DNA from: an uncultured Acidobacteriota bacterium | GTDB taxonomy: Bacteria > Acidobacteriota > UBA6911 | Reading direction: 5' to 3' | Assembly: GCA_963809485.1 (NCBI GenBank) | Contig: CAWEJX010000007.1 | Span: forward strand, 352,001 to 416,000 | DNA length: 64,000 bases | Part shown: positions 41,779-50,882 of the stretch, piece after piece | How positions within the stretch are numbered: position 1 is the first letter of the stretch | How the letters are laid out: every line of letters begins with the position of its first letter | Position numbers and translations under genes: made by a program | Notes under the pieces: generated by a model | The model's database searches: none | Told to the model about the DNA's origin: nothing | Seen by the model: the letters and a program-made list of their open reading frames with translations, nothing else

Positions 41779-42372
41779 CTAACGAGACGCCTGTTCGAAT
41801 CGTTTCTGAGCGGCGGACCAGTCGATGGCCTTGAAGAAAGCCTCGATGTAATCGGCCCGCTTCAAGCCAAAGTCGATCATGAAGGCGTGCTCAAAAACAT
41901 CCATGATGAGGATGGGCGCCGCTGCTGCAAGATGCCCGCCGTCATGCTCACCAATCCATGTGTTCAGGAGCTGGTTGCCCGCGGCATCGTAGTAAAGCAC
42001 AGTCCAACCGATGCCCCGCATCGCGCCGACGGCTTTGAAGAGTTTCTCCCAGTTTTCAAAAGAACCGAAATCCTCCGCGATTTTTGCGCAAAGCCCGGAG
42101 TTCTTGTCCAGCGCGATGCCGCCCTTGACCATGTTCCCGAAATACAGTTCGTGAAGCCTCATTCCGTCGAATTCCCAGCCAAACCGGCGCTTGAGTTCGG
42201 CATACTGGGGCGTCGCCGCTTTGCCCTGCTTCTCCAGTTCGGCAAACTCCTCCATCAGCTTGTTGGTATTGGTTACATATCCGTTGTAGAGAGTGAAGTG
42301 GTTGGTTAACAGCTGGTTGCTAAAACCCTCCGCGCCCAGCAGCTTTTCAAAATTAATCGCCTGGTACTTCAT
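41779..42372 (-). CDS. Fe/Mn superoxide dismutase family protein (ChrC-like subtype)
   Basis: HFTLYNGYV, LHELYF, GIGW, DVFEHAF metal ligands. Confidence 0.92.
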   Translation of the reverse strand: MKYQAINFEKLLGAEGFSNQLLTNHFTLYNGYVTNTNKLMEEFAELEKQGKAATPQYAELKRRFGWEFDGMRLHELYFGNMVKGGIALDKNSGLCAKIAEDFGSFENWEKLFKAVGAMRGIGWTVLYYDAAGNQLLNTWIGEHDGGHLAAAAPILIMDVFEHAFMIDFGLKRADYIEAFFKAIDWSAAQKRFEQASR

Positions 42373-42917
42373 CAGATTCTCTCCTTTAGGCGGCGTTCAG
42401 CCTATCAAAACTTCTATGGATACTCCATGCCCCGCATGCGGCATGGCCCGGTCCCACACACTATAGCGCTTGAGCTGAAGTTTAGGATAAATTGCGTCGT
42501 TCGACCAGATCTCAAAACGGATTTCTCGATTTTTCCAGCAAACTGACCCAAAACCCGCGGCTTCGGGACCGGGCGGCCCTCAATAATCGCTGCCCCATGT
42601 TATTTCGCTGACGTTATTTCCTTCATTGGACTCACGGATTGCATTTTCCGTATCCACCCGTATTTGTAGCGGTACTTTCCTCTGAATATCCCCGGATCTG
42701 ACAAAAATGCTGCCTTGGGTGTATCGTCCACCGGCACTGATGCCGACGAATTTTTGAGTGTGGAAGGGAATCCAACGATCGATACGATATTTTCTGATTT
42801 CCCACAGGAATGCGCCCGCATCTCTTCTTGGTGCTTAAGCCTTGATACTGTTAATAGAAAGGATTAGTCTTCTTTACCTAATTCCTGGAGAATTTGCCTG
42901 TTCAACGGAGGTATCCG

Positions 42918-44123
42918 ATGCCCAAACTACGCCTTTCCAATCGCGGTCGAAACACCCCTCCTTCACCGATCCGCAAGCTGGCGCCTCTGGCCGCAAAAGC
43001 CAAAAAGTCCGGGATCCATGTATATCATTTGAATATAGGCCAGCCCGACATCGAGTCGCCCCGGGAGTTCTTCGACGGCCTGGCCGCGTATAAGGAGAAA
43101 GTCGTCGCCTACGAACAGTCCCAGGGAAACGAGGGATTGTGCGCAGCCTGGTCGAACTATATTAACAGAACCCTGAAGATCCGCACCCGCCCGGAGCACT
43201 TCCTGATCACCACGGGCGCGAGCGAAGCGCTGGTGTTTATCTTCATGACCTGCTGCGATCCCGGAGATGAGATCATTATCTTCGATCCCACGTATGCCAA
43301 TTATCTCGGTTTTGCCGCGATCGCCGGAGTACATCTGGTGCCGGTTCTGAGCAATCCGGACGATAATTTTGCTCTGCCGGCGCACAAGGAAATTGAGCAG
43401 AGGATCACCAACCGAACCCGGGCTATTCTGCTTTGCAGCCCGAACAATCCTACGGGAACCGTGTGTACCGAACAGGAACTCAGGTTCCTGTATGAGCTGT
43501 GCGAGGAAAACAACATCTTCCTGATTGTGGATGAAACCTACCGTGAATTTGTCTATGACGATCGCAAGCCTCTCTCAATCCTGAACCTGGTGCCGGAGAG
43601 CGACCGCGTGATCGTCGTGGACAGCCTCTCGAAACGTTTCAGCCTTTGCGGCGCGCGTATCGGCTGCCTGCTGACCTCCAATGAGGACGTAATCGCGACA
43701 GCTTTGAAAATAGCCCAGGCGCGGCTTGCGGCTCCAACGATCGATCAGTTCGCGGCCGCATACATGCTGAACCGCATCAAGGACGATTACCTGGAAAACG
43801 TCCGCAAGGAATTCCTGCTGCGCCGTGACGCCCTGTACCATTCGCTGAAACAGATCCCCGGCGTAGAAGCGCACAAACCCATGGGCGCTTTTTACACGGT
43901 GGTGGGTTTGCCTGTGGAGAATGCGGAGGATTTCGCCACCTTTCTGCTTTCCCAATTCTCTCATAACGGGAAAACAACCTTCATCGCGCCCGCCGCGGGG
44001 TTTTATATGCAGAATGAGCATGGATTGAAGAAGGCGAGGTTTGCCTACGTGCTCAATAAGAGCGAGATTGAAGGAGCTATCGAAGTGCTCGCAGCCGGCC
44101 TCGAGAGCTATCTGCAAAAATAA
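42918..44123 (+). CDS. Class I/II PLP-dependent aminotransferase (aspartate aminotransferase-like)
   Basis: LNIGQPD, PNNPTG, DETYREF, SLSKRFSLCGARIG. Confidence 0.93.
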   Translation: MPKLRLSNRGRNTPPSPIRKLAPLAAKAKKSGIHVYHLNIGQPDIESPREFFDGLAAYKEKVVAYEQSQGNEGLCAAWSNYINRTLKIRTRPEHFLITTGASEALVFIFMTCCDPGDEIIIFDPTYANYLGFAAIAGVHLVPVLSNPDDNFALPAHKEIEQRITNRTRAILLCSPNNPTGTVCTEQELRFLYELCEENNIFLIVDETYREFVYDDRKPLSILNLVPESDRVIVVDSLSKRFSLCGARIGCLLTSNEDVIATALKIAQARLAAPTIDQFAAAYMLNRIKDDYLENVRKEFLLRRDALYHSLKQIPGVEAHKPMGAFYTVVGLPVENAEDFATFLLSQFSHNGKTTFIAPAAGFYMQNEHGLKKARFAYVLNKSEIEGAIEVLAAGLESYLQK

Positions 44124-44454
44124 CCTCCAAATCATGCAGCGGGATTCTTGAAATCTGCGGGACCCTCGGGCATTGGGGCAATCTGCCGCCGGGGCTCGGA
44201 GCCGTGAGAGTATATCTTCCTGAGTACGCCGCGGACATGCCGGACTTGAGAACCGGGGGAGGATACTATTCATTTGGCTGCAAAGCAAAAGATATGTTAT
44301 GTTTGGAACGCTATTCAAAAGCATGGCTTGTCATTTTGGGGAGTCCCTTAGCGGGACTTTCGCTGGTATCGTCTTCATACGGAAGGATGGGTTCGCGGCC
44401 GCTCTTGCCTGCCGCGAGATAAACTTTTTTCCAGAATAGGGGAGGAGGCGTCGC

Positions 44455-46173
44455 ATGGCCGATGTTTTCACTCATGACCTCATAATTTTCGGGGCGGGAT
44501 TGGCCGGATTAAGAGCCGCAATAGAAGCTTCACGCTCCACGCAGGGGAAAATAGACATCGCCGTCATTTCGAAAAACCAATTGATGCGCGCGCATTCGGT
44601 CGCCGCCGAAGGGGGTACGGCCGCGGTGATGCGGCCGGAGGACGGCGACAGCATCGAGCTTCACGCATGGGATACGGTCAAAGGAAGCGACTTCCTGGCG
44701 GACCAGGACGTTGTGGACCTGTTCGTCCGCACCATGCCTTCCGAAATACTGCAGCTGGATCATTGGGGAATCCCGTGGACACGGCGGGAGGACGGCCGCA
44801 TTGCCCAAAGGCCTTTTGGCGGACACAGCTACCCGCGCGCCGTTCTGGCCCAGGACAAGACCGGCTTCTTTGAAATGCAGACGCTCTACGACACGCTGCT
44901 TCAGTACAACTGCGCCAGGCACTACAACGAGCATTTCGTCACCTCGATCCTGGTTGAGAACAATACATTTTGCGGGCTGACGGCCATCGACATGACGACG
45001 GGCCAGTTCAAGGTCATCCGCGGCAAAGCCCTGATAATCGCAAGCGGCGGGGCAGGCACCCTGTTCGGATTCACCACCTATTCCCAGACGGTCACGGGCG
45101 ACGGCATGGCGCTGGCCTACCGCGCCGGAATACCGCTGGAAGACATAGAGTTTCTGCAGTTCCATCCCACAGGCCTTGTTCCCTCTGGGATCCTGATCAC
45201 GGAGGCTTGCCGCGGTGAGGGAGGGTATCTGGTCAACAGCAAGGGCGATCGGTTCATGAACAAGTATGCCCCATCGAAACTCGAGCTGGCTCCGCGCGAC
45301 CTGATCTCCCGCTCGGAAATGACTGAAATCGAGGAGGGGCGCGGATTCAAGGGCCCGGACGGCCTCGATTACATCCATCTGGACCTGAGGCACCTGGGCG
45401 CAAAGAAAATCAACGAGCATCTGCCGCTGATCCGCGAGGTTTGCATCGAATTCAACGATCTCGATCCGATCAAGGAACCTATTCCCTGCCGTCCCGTGGC
45501 CCACTATTCCATGGGCGGCATCGAAACGGATATCAAAGGCGCCACCCGGGTCAGGGGTATCTGGGCAGCCGGCGAAGCGGCCTGCGTCAGCCTGCACGGC
45601 GCGAACCGTCTCGGATCCAATTCAACGGCCGAGTGTCTGGTTTGGGGCAAAATCACCGGGGCGGAAACAGGTCGCTATTGCGCTGAAAATAAACAGGCGG
45701 CTCCGGTTCCCGAATCCAAAGTCAACGCCGAACACAAAAGAATTTTCGAGGGGCTCCTATCGCGGAAAGGCCCGGAGAATCTTTACGAAATCCGCAGAGA
45801 ATTGCGCTCGTGCATGGATGTCAATGTGGGAGTCTTCCGGACAGGTCAGGAACTGAGCCAGGGACTGGAAAAGATCCGGTCACTCCGAAGACGCTATTCC
45901 AATATCAGCATCGAGGACAAAAGCGCCGTCTACAACACCAACCTGTATCATGCGCTGGAGATTGCAAACCTGCTGGATCTTGCGGAGGTCATGGTGACGG
46001 GAGCCGTAACGAGGACCGAATCGCGCGGCGGCCACGCGCGCCGGGATTTTCCCGTTCGCGACGACGAAAACTGGCTGAAGCACACGCTGGCCTTCTTTAC
46101 CGAGCAAGGCCCGAAACTGGATTACAAGCCGGTCACCATCACGACATGGCAGCCGGTGGAAAGGAAATACTGA
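44455..46173 (+). CDS. sdhA: Succinate dehydrogenase/fumarate reductase flavoprotein
   Basis: [50 protein letters not shown]. Confidence 0.96.
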   Translation: MADVFTHDLIIFGAGLAGLRAAIEASRSTQGKIDIAVISKNQLMRAHSVAAEGGTAAVMRPEDGDSIELHAWDTVKGSDFLADQDVVDLFVRTMPSEILQLDHWGIPWTRREDGRIAQRPFGGHSYPRAVLAQDKTGFFEMQTLYDTLLQYNCARHYNEHFVTSILVENNTFCGLTAIDMTTGQFKVIRGKALIIASGGAGTLFGFTTYSQTVTGDGMALAYRAGIPLEDIEFLQFHPTGLVPSGILITEACRGEGGYLVNSKGDRFMNKYAPSKLELAPRDLISRSEMTEIEEGRGFKGPDGLDYIHLDLRHLGAKKINEHLPLIREVCIEFNDLDPIKEPIPCRPVAHYSMGGIETDIKGATRVRGIWAAGEAACVSLHGANRLGSNSTAECLVWGKITGAETGRYCAENKQAAPVPESKVNAEHKRIFEGLLSRKGPENLYEIRRELRSCMDVNVGVFRTGQELSQGLEKIRSLRRRYSNISIEDKSAVYNTNLYHALEIANLLDLAEVMVTGAVTRTESRGGHARRDFPVRDDENWLKHTLAFFTEQGPKLDYKPVTITTWQPVERKY

Positions 46174-46196
46174 AACAAGACTTTCAAGGAGCAGCT

Positions 46197-46632
46197 ATGC
46201 AAAACAGACGCGAAAACCAATCTCGGACTCTGGGGCTGGCTCAGCGGCGGGCGCTACGGAATGGAGCGCTATGCCTATGCTCTGCATCGCCTGACCGGTC
46301 TCGGGATCCTGGCCTATTTTCTCATGCACATCTTTGTGACCGGATCGCGCGCGGCCGGCCCGGAACGATGGGAAACCACGATGGCATTTTTCAGCACGCC
46401 GCTCTTCAAAATCGGCGAGTTTCTCGTCTTCCTGGCTTTTGCCTATCACGCAATCAACGGCATCCGGCTCATCCTGGTCGAACTGGGATACATGATCGGG
46501 AAACCGGGTCTTCCGGCCTATCCCTATAACTATTCCACCCTGCGACAGAGGCCGCTTTTTGTGGCCGCTATGGTTATCGCAGCGGTGCTCATGATCATCG
46601 GCGGCGCCGATTTTTATCTCCTGATGAAATAG
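46197..46632 (+). CDS. sdhC: Succinate dehydrogenase cytochrome b subunit (probable frameshift near 5' end)
   Basis: LHRLTG, YHAINGIR, three TMs; RBS aaggag-ATG 46197 is out of frame with ORF 46261-46632. Confidence 0.88.
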
Positions 46633-46641
46633 GAGGGAACC

Positions 46642-47013
46642 ATGCGCGAATCAAAATTATGGTCCTGGCACATACTCACTGCCGTGATCATTCTGGTTTT
46701 GCTCGGCGTCCACATGGGCACCATGCACCTGGGCGCCCTTTTGAGCACGACTGGCATAGGGTCCGGCGATCCTACCCAATCCGCCGAGGTATTTCACCGC
46801 AGCCAGCAATTTATTTACATGATCGGCTATATCCTGTTGCTCGGAGCCGCTCTGTTCCACGGGCTGTATGGGCTCCGCAGCATGCTCTTCGAGCTGTCGC
46901 TTTCGAGAATAAGCGAAAAAGTGATCGGCGGCTTGTGCGCCGTTGCCGGCGTCGCGCTTTTCATTTACGGAAGCTATGTCGCGGTAATGGTGTTTCGGAT
47001 GAAGGGAGTGTAA
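46642..47013 (+). CDS. sdhD: Succinate dehydrogenase membrane anchor
   Basis: WHILTA..GVH, FHGLYGLR, three TMs; RBS ggagg. Confidence 0.85.
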   Translation: MRESKLWSWHILTAVIILVLLGVHMGTMHLGALLSTTGIGSGDPTQSAEVFHRSQQFIYMIGYILLLGAALFHGLYGLRSMLFELSLSRISEKVIGGLCAVAGVALFIYGSYVAVMVFRMKGV

Positions 47014-47015
47014 CC

Positions 47016-47873
47016 ATGGCTAAAACGCAGACACAGGATTCAGGCATCATCAAAACCGTAGCTTTCGAGGTGCTGCGCTACAATCCGGCCGATGGCCGAA
47101 AGCCCCAGCTGCAGGAATATTCCGTGCCGGTCACAAAGGGCATGACGGTGCTGGACGGGCTCAACTGGATCAAGGAGCATAAGGACAGCACTCTGTCCTG
47201 GCGGTCCTCTTGCCGGATGGGTGTGTGCGGATCCTGCGGGATGTTCATCAACGGCCTTCCGCGCCTCGCCTGCAACAACCAGATTATTCATCTGCACTCG
47301 GACCGCATCGTGATCAAGCCTTTGCCCAACTACGACGTCATCCGCGATCTGGTCCCGGACCTGGATAGCCTTTTAAAAAAGCATCAGTCCGTAAAACCCT
47401 ACCTCATCCGGAAAGACAGGGTGGAACAGGACCGTCCAACCGGCGAATATTTTCAGTCGGAGCAGGAACTGGTCAACTACATACAATTTGCTTACTGCAT
47501 CAAGTGCGGGCTGTGCCTGTCCGCCTGCCCGACGGTTGCCACATCCGAGGAATATGCAGGCCCCCAGAGCCTGACTCAGGGCTGGCGATATATGCTGGAT
47601 ACCCGCGACGAAGGCGCCGCGGAACGCGAGGACGAAATGTATTCCAGGCACGGCGTATACCGCTGCCATTTTGCCGGCGCCTGCTCGCAGGTGTGCCCGA
47701 AAGGCGTAGATCCCGCACTGGCGATCCAACTGGCCAAGAAGGATGCGTTTCTGAGAAGTTTCGGATTGCGCAAACGCCGCCAGGTTACGGCTGTGGCTCC
47801 GCCCATACAAAACTGGGTTTCTAAGGCGGATATCCCGAAGGCTCCGGAGCCGACCATCAAACAGAAGAGCTGA
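47016..47873 (+). CDS. sdhB: Succinate dehydrogenase iron-sulfur subunit
   Basis: SCRMGVCGSC, CIKCGLCLSACP, CHFAGACSQVCP. Confidence 0.96.
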   Translation: MAKTQTQDSGIIKTVAFEVLRYNPADGRKPQLQEYSVPVTKGMTVLDGLNWIKEHKDSTLSWRSSCRMGVCGSCGMFINGLPRLACNNQIIHLHSDRIVIKPLPNYDVIRDLVPDLDSLLKKHQSVKPYLIRKDRVEQDRPTGEYFQSEQELVNYIQFAYCIKCGLCLSACPTVATSEEYAGPQSLTQGWRYMLDTRDEGAAEREDEMYSRHGVYRCHFAGACSQVCPKGVDPALAIQLAKKDAFLRSFGLRKRRQVTAVAPPIQNWVSKADIPKAPEPTIKQKS

Positions 47874-47880
47874 GCTTTTT

Positions 47881-47912
47881 GGGCAGGTGCGGCCTTCCGG
47901 CCGCGCCTGCTC
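47881..47912 (+). terminator. Strong hairpin after sdhB
   Basis: gggcaggtgcggcc-ttcc-ggccgcgcctgctc, 14-bp stem; no clear U-tract. Confidence 0.5.
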
Positions 47913-47936
47913 AAGCTGAATGACTGAAATCCCCCG

Positions 47937-48339
47937 CAAGTCAGGTACCTCCGGCAAAGCCGGAGGCTTGAATGATTTGAACCGCTCAAAGCGGTTGGAG
48001 GAGTTATGCCGGTCTTGAACGCTGACTTACGCGGGCAAAAGCCGATGAGGCGCTTCCGATCCCCGCAGGGGCCAGCGCTCCGCGCTGGACGGTTTTCTGC
48101 GGCGGCACTGTGGCAAGCGCCGTGCGGCAAGGAGATGAAGGGTATGAGAAACCGGGCGTTTGCCACAGTGCCGCCACAGAAAACTCCATTGGAAGCGCCT
48201 CATCGGCTTTTGCTCGCCGACCCTCGCCGAACAAATCGGCGTTTGTCAGCGCTTTTATCAGCGTTTCTCAGCGTTTCAAATTACGGAGCTGTCAAACTCT
48301 TTGAGTCCCCCGGCAGAGCCGGGGGTTTACCAATGTAAT
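47937..48339 (-). mobile_element. Non-autonomous IS200/IS605-like palindromic element, long copy
   Basis: Subterminal hairpins cctccggc-aaa-gccggagg, aaccgct-caa-agcggtt and cccccggc-aga-gccggggg; ends shared with 61799-62039; no tnpA, no terminal IR, no target duplication. Confidence 0.75.
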
Positions 48340-48366
48340 CAGAAATCGAACGTCCGCTTGAAAAAA

Positions 48367-48840
48367 ATGAAGGAAGTAACTCTGTATACCGACGGCGCCT
48401 GCCTGAATAATCCCGGCCCGGGCGGCTATGGCGTTGTGCTTATCTACGAATCCCACCGCAGGGAGCTTTCCGGAGGATTCCGTCGCACCACCAATAACCG
48501 CATGGAAATCTACGCAGCCATCGCCGGGCTCGAAGCCCTCAGGGAACCCTGCCGGGTAACGCTCTTCAGCGATTCCCAATACCTCATTTTTGCCATGCAG
48601 AAGGGCTGGGCGCTCCGGTGGCAGGCCAACGGCTGGAAGCGGAACAGGAAAGAAGAAGCCGTCAATCCGGACCTCTGGGAAAGACTGCTGAAATTGTGTT
48701 CCATCCACGAAGTGACGTTTAGGTGGGTACGCGGTCACGCCGGAGAAAGCGAAAACGAGCGCTGCGACGAACTGGCCACGGCCGCGGCCCGCGGGACCGG
48801 GCTTGCCCCGGATGAAGGCTATGAGAAAGCCTCGCCGTAG
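48367..48840 (+). CDS. rnhA: Ribonuclease HI
   Basis: [48 protein letters not shown]. Confidence 0.97.
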   Translation: MKEVTLYTDGACLNNPGPGGYGVVLIYESHRRELSGGFRRTTNNRMEIYAAIAGLEALREPCRVTLFSDSQYLIFAMQKGWALRWQANGWKRNRKEEAVNPDLWERLLKLCSIHEVTFRWVRGHAGESENERCDELATAAARGTGLAPDEGYEKASP

Positions 48841-49583
48841 AGCTGCCGGGTATTCAGCGCTACGGCTTCAATCACTTCCGCTCTCGCAAGCCCCTTCAGC
48901 TGCGCAATCGCTTCCAATGCATGCAAGGCATTCGCCGGTTCGTTTCGCTCCTGCGCAATAGGGCCGAGGACCGGGCTGTCTGTTTCAATCAAAAGCCTCG
49001 AAAGCGGCAGCCGTTTGACGAGCCTTTGTTTCTGTTCGGATCGTATCACCGACGGAGGTATGGAAAAGTAAAATCCGGCTTCTGCCGCGGGCAAGGCTGC
49101 CGAAGGCTTCCCGTCGAAAGCATGCAGCTGCACTTTGCGGGCGCCGCTCTGCAGCAATAGCGCCACGGCATGCCGGCCGGCGGAACGGGAATGCACGTTC
49201 AGAGGGAGCGAGAGTTCCTTGCTCAAGGCAATGAAGCTCCCGAATATTTCGCGCTGCAGCTCCCTGTCGGATTCACTCTGCACCATCCAGTAATCCAGAC
49301 CCACTTCTCCGATCGCGGACAGTTTTTCTCTATGGCTGCGGATAAATCCGCACATTTTTTCAGCCAGATCAAGCTCCAGCAACGTGGGGTAGAGCCCTGC
49401 GGCAGGACGGATCATGGGATGGAGGACGGCCAGTTCCAGGTTCTTTTCGGCATCGGCAAGGTTTTCACCCACAGCGATCACGGCCGTTATCCCGGCTGCC
49501 CCCGCTCGTGCGAGAACCTCCGCCCGGTCCCCGTCAAAAACCGGGTCGCACAGGTGGGCGTGAGTGTCCGTCAGCGATGCCAT
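48819..49583 (-). CDS. tatD: TatD-family hydrolase
   Basis: [32 protein letters not shown]. Confidence 0.93.
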   Translation of the reverse strand: MASLTDTHAHLCDPVFDGDRAEVLARAGAAGITAVIAVGENLADAEKNLELAVLHPMIRPAAGLYPTLLELDLAEKMCGFIRSHREKLSAIGEVGLDYWMVQSESDRELQREIFGSFIALSKELSLPLNVHSRSAGRHAVALLLQSGARKVQLHAFDGKPSAALPAAEAGFYFSIPPSVIRSEQKQRLVKRLPLSRLLIETDSPVLGPIAQERNEPANALHALEAIAQLKGLARAEVIEAVALNTRQLYGEAFS

Positions 49584-49751
49584 GAGGCAAGCATAGCGGA
49601 ATTCGTGCGTGGCATGGAAGGCGAAAGGCGCAGGACAGGAGCCGGAAGACAGGGAAGCCGGAGAGATTCCGGCGATCCCCATAGTCGGACAGATTTTATG
49701 CGTGGATGTTTTTGAGCCCGCAGGCATAAAATCACAGGTGAGACAAAAGCC

Positions 49752-50768
49752 ATGATTTATTCGTGGATACTGGATTCCGGAGGGACAGGCCGCGGCGCCT
49801 GGCAGGGCGGTGTGATTTACGAGTTCATTCGCTGGTGCCGCGAAAACGGCTGCTTCCCAACCATCACCATGGGCGCTTCGGCAGGAGGTTATGCCGCTGC
49901 CGACGTGGCCACGGGCACAGAAAAGACCGTAATGAAAGGCTGGACCTTCTGGGGAAAGCAGCACCTGCCAAGGCGCCTTCGAAACTCGCACTCTGACGGG
50001 ATAGGAGGATTCCGCGCCCAACTCCGCAGTTCGATCCGTTACGTGATGGAGGAAGAAGAGCTATCCGGCGTATTCGGGAAAAGTCCGGTCGAAAAGCTGC
50101 TCGTGTTCACAACCCGCGTCCGGCGCAAAGATCTCAAACCGTTCGGACCGGGCGACAGGCTGCGCTTCTTTTTCAAATCAGCGACCCGCAAGCTTCCGAG
50201 AACATTAAAATACCTTCCCGGGAACTACGCGGAGGAACCGGTCCTGTTCGCAACAAACCTGCCCGCGGGATTACGTTCCGAATACATCCGGCCATTAACC
50301 CCCGGGAATTATCATGCCGTGATCGAAGCTTCGTGCCTCGTGCCGGTGGCGATGGGTCCGCCTCTGCTCCCCCGGGAACTTCAGGCAGATACCCCAGACA
50401 GCGATGGCCCGTCCGTTTTCATGGACGGCGGCTATGCCCTTAAAATGCCTATGCGTCTATTCGAGGAAGATGCGCGTTTCCAAGCGCTCGCCCGCTGGGT
50501 TTCCGCGGATAAGACGATTATCTTCTGCTGCGATCCTGCAGGAATGCTCTGGGAAACCAGTTCCCGGCTGCGGTCCCTGAACAACTTTCCCAGTGTGACG
50601 GAAGCCTTGTGCGGGAACCGGCTTCTAGTCATCAGCCCGGACCACAAAGTGGAAGCCGGCTTCCTGTGCACGGATAACGCCGTCGCCATGAGGACCTTTC
50701 AACGGGGTCAGGAACAGGCTCAGTGCCTGCTGCGGTCCGAGAATGTCCGCCGCTTCTTCGAAGCCTGA
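49752..50768 (+). CDS. Patatin-like phospholipase family protein
   Basis: SGGTGRGAWQGG oxyanion loop, GASAG nucleophile, ASCLVP, FMDGG. Confidence 0.82.
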   Translation: MIYSWILDSGGTGRGAWQGGVIYEFIRWCRENGCFPTITMGASAGGYAAADVATGTEKTVMKGWTFWGKQHLPRRLRNSHSDGIGGFRAQLRSSIRYVMEEEELSGVFGKSPVEKLLVFTTRVRRKDLKPFGPGDRLRFFFKSATRKLPRTLKYLPGNYAEEPVLFATNLPAGLRSEYIRPLTPGNYHAVIEASCLVPVAMGPPLLPRELQADTPDSDGPSVFMDGGYALKMPMRLFEEDARFQALARWVSADKTIIFCCDPAGMLWETSSRLRSLNNFPSVTEALCGNRLLVISPDHKVEAGFLCTDNAVAMRTFQRGQEQAQCLLRSENVRRFFEA

Positions 50769-50882
50769 AACATACCCCCAAAAATCGACCCCGAAACACG
50801 CGAAATCCGCAAAATAATCAGATGAGTTTCCGCTTGAATAGGAAATGCGTTTAAATTCGTGGCTGGTTTTACGCCTGAGGCG

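Noticed and set aside
42373-42917. Long sod-aminotransferase spacer as a hidden gene or ncRNA
   Set aside because: Only a motif-less 73-aa ORF and weak hairpins; nothing supportable beyond divergent promoters
48006-48338. ORFs inside the long element as a transposase
   Set aside because: No HUH or catalytic Tyr motif; they are translations of palindromic repeats
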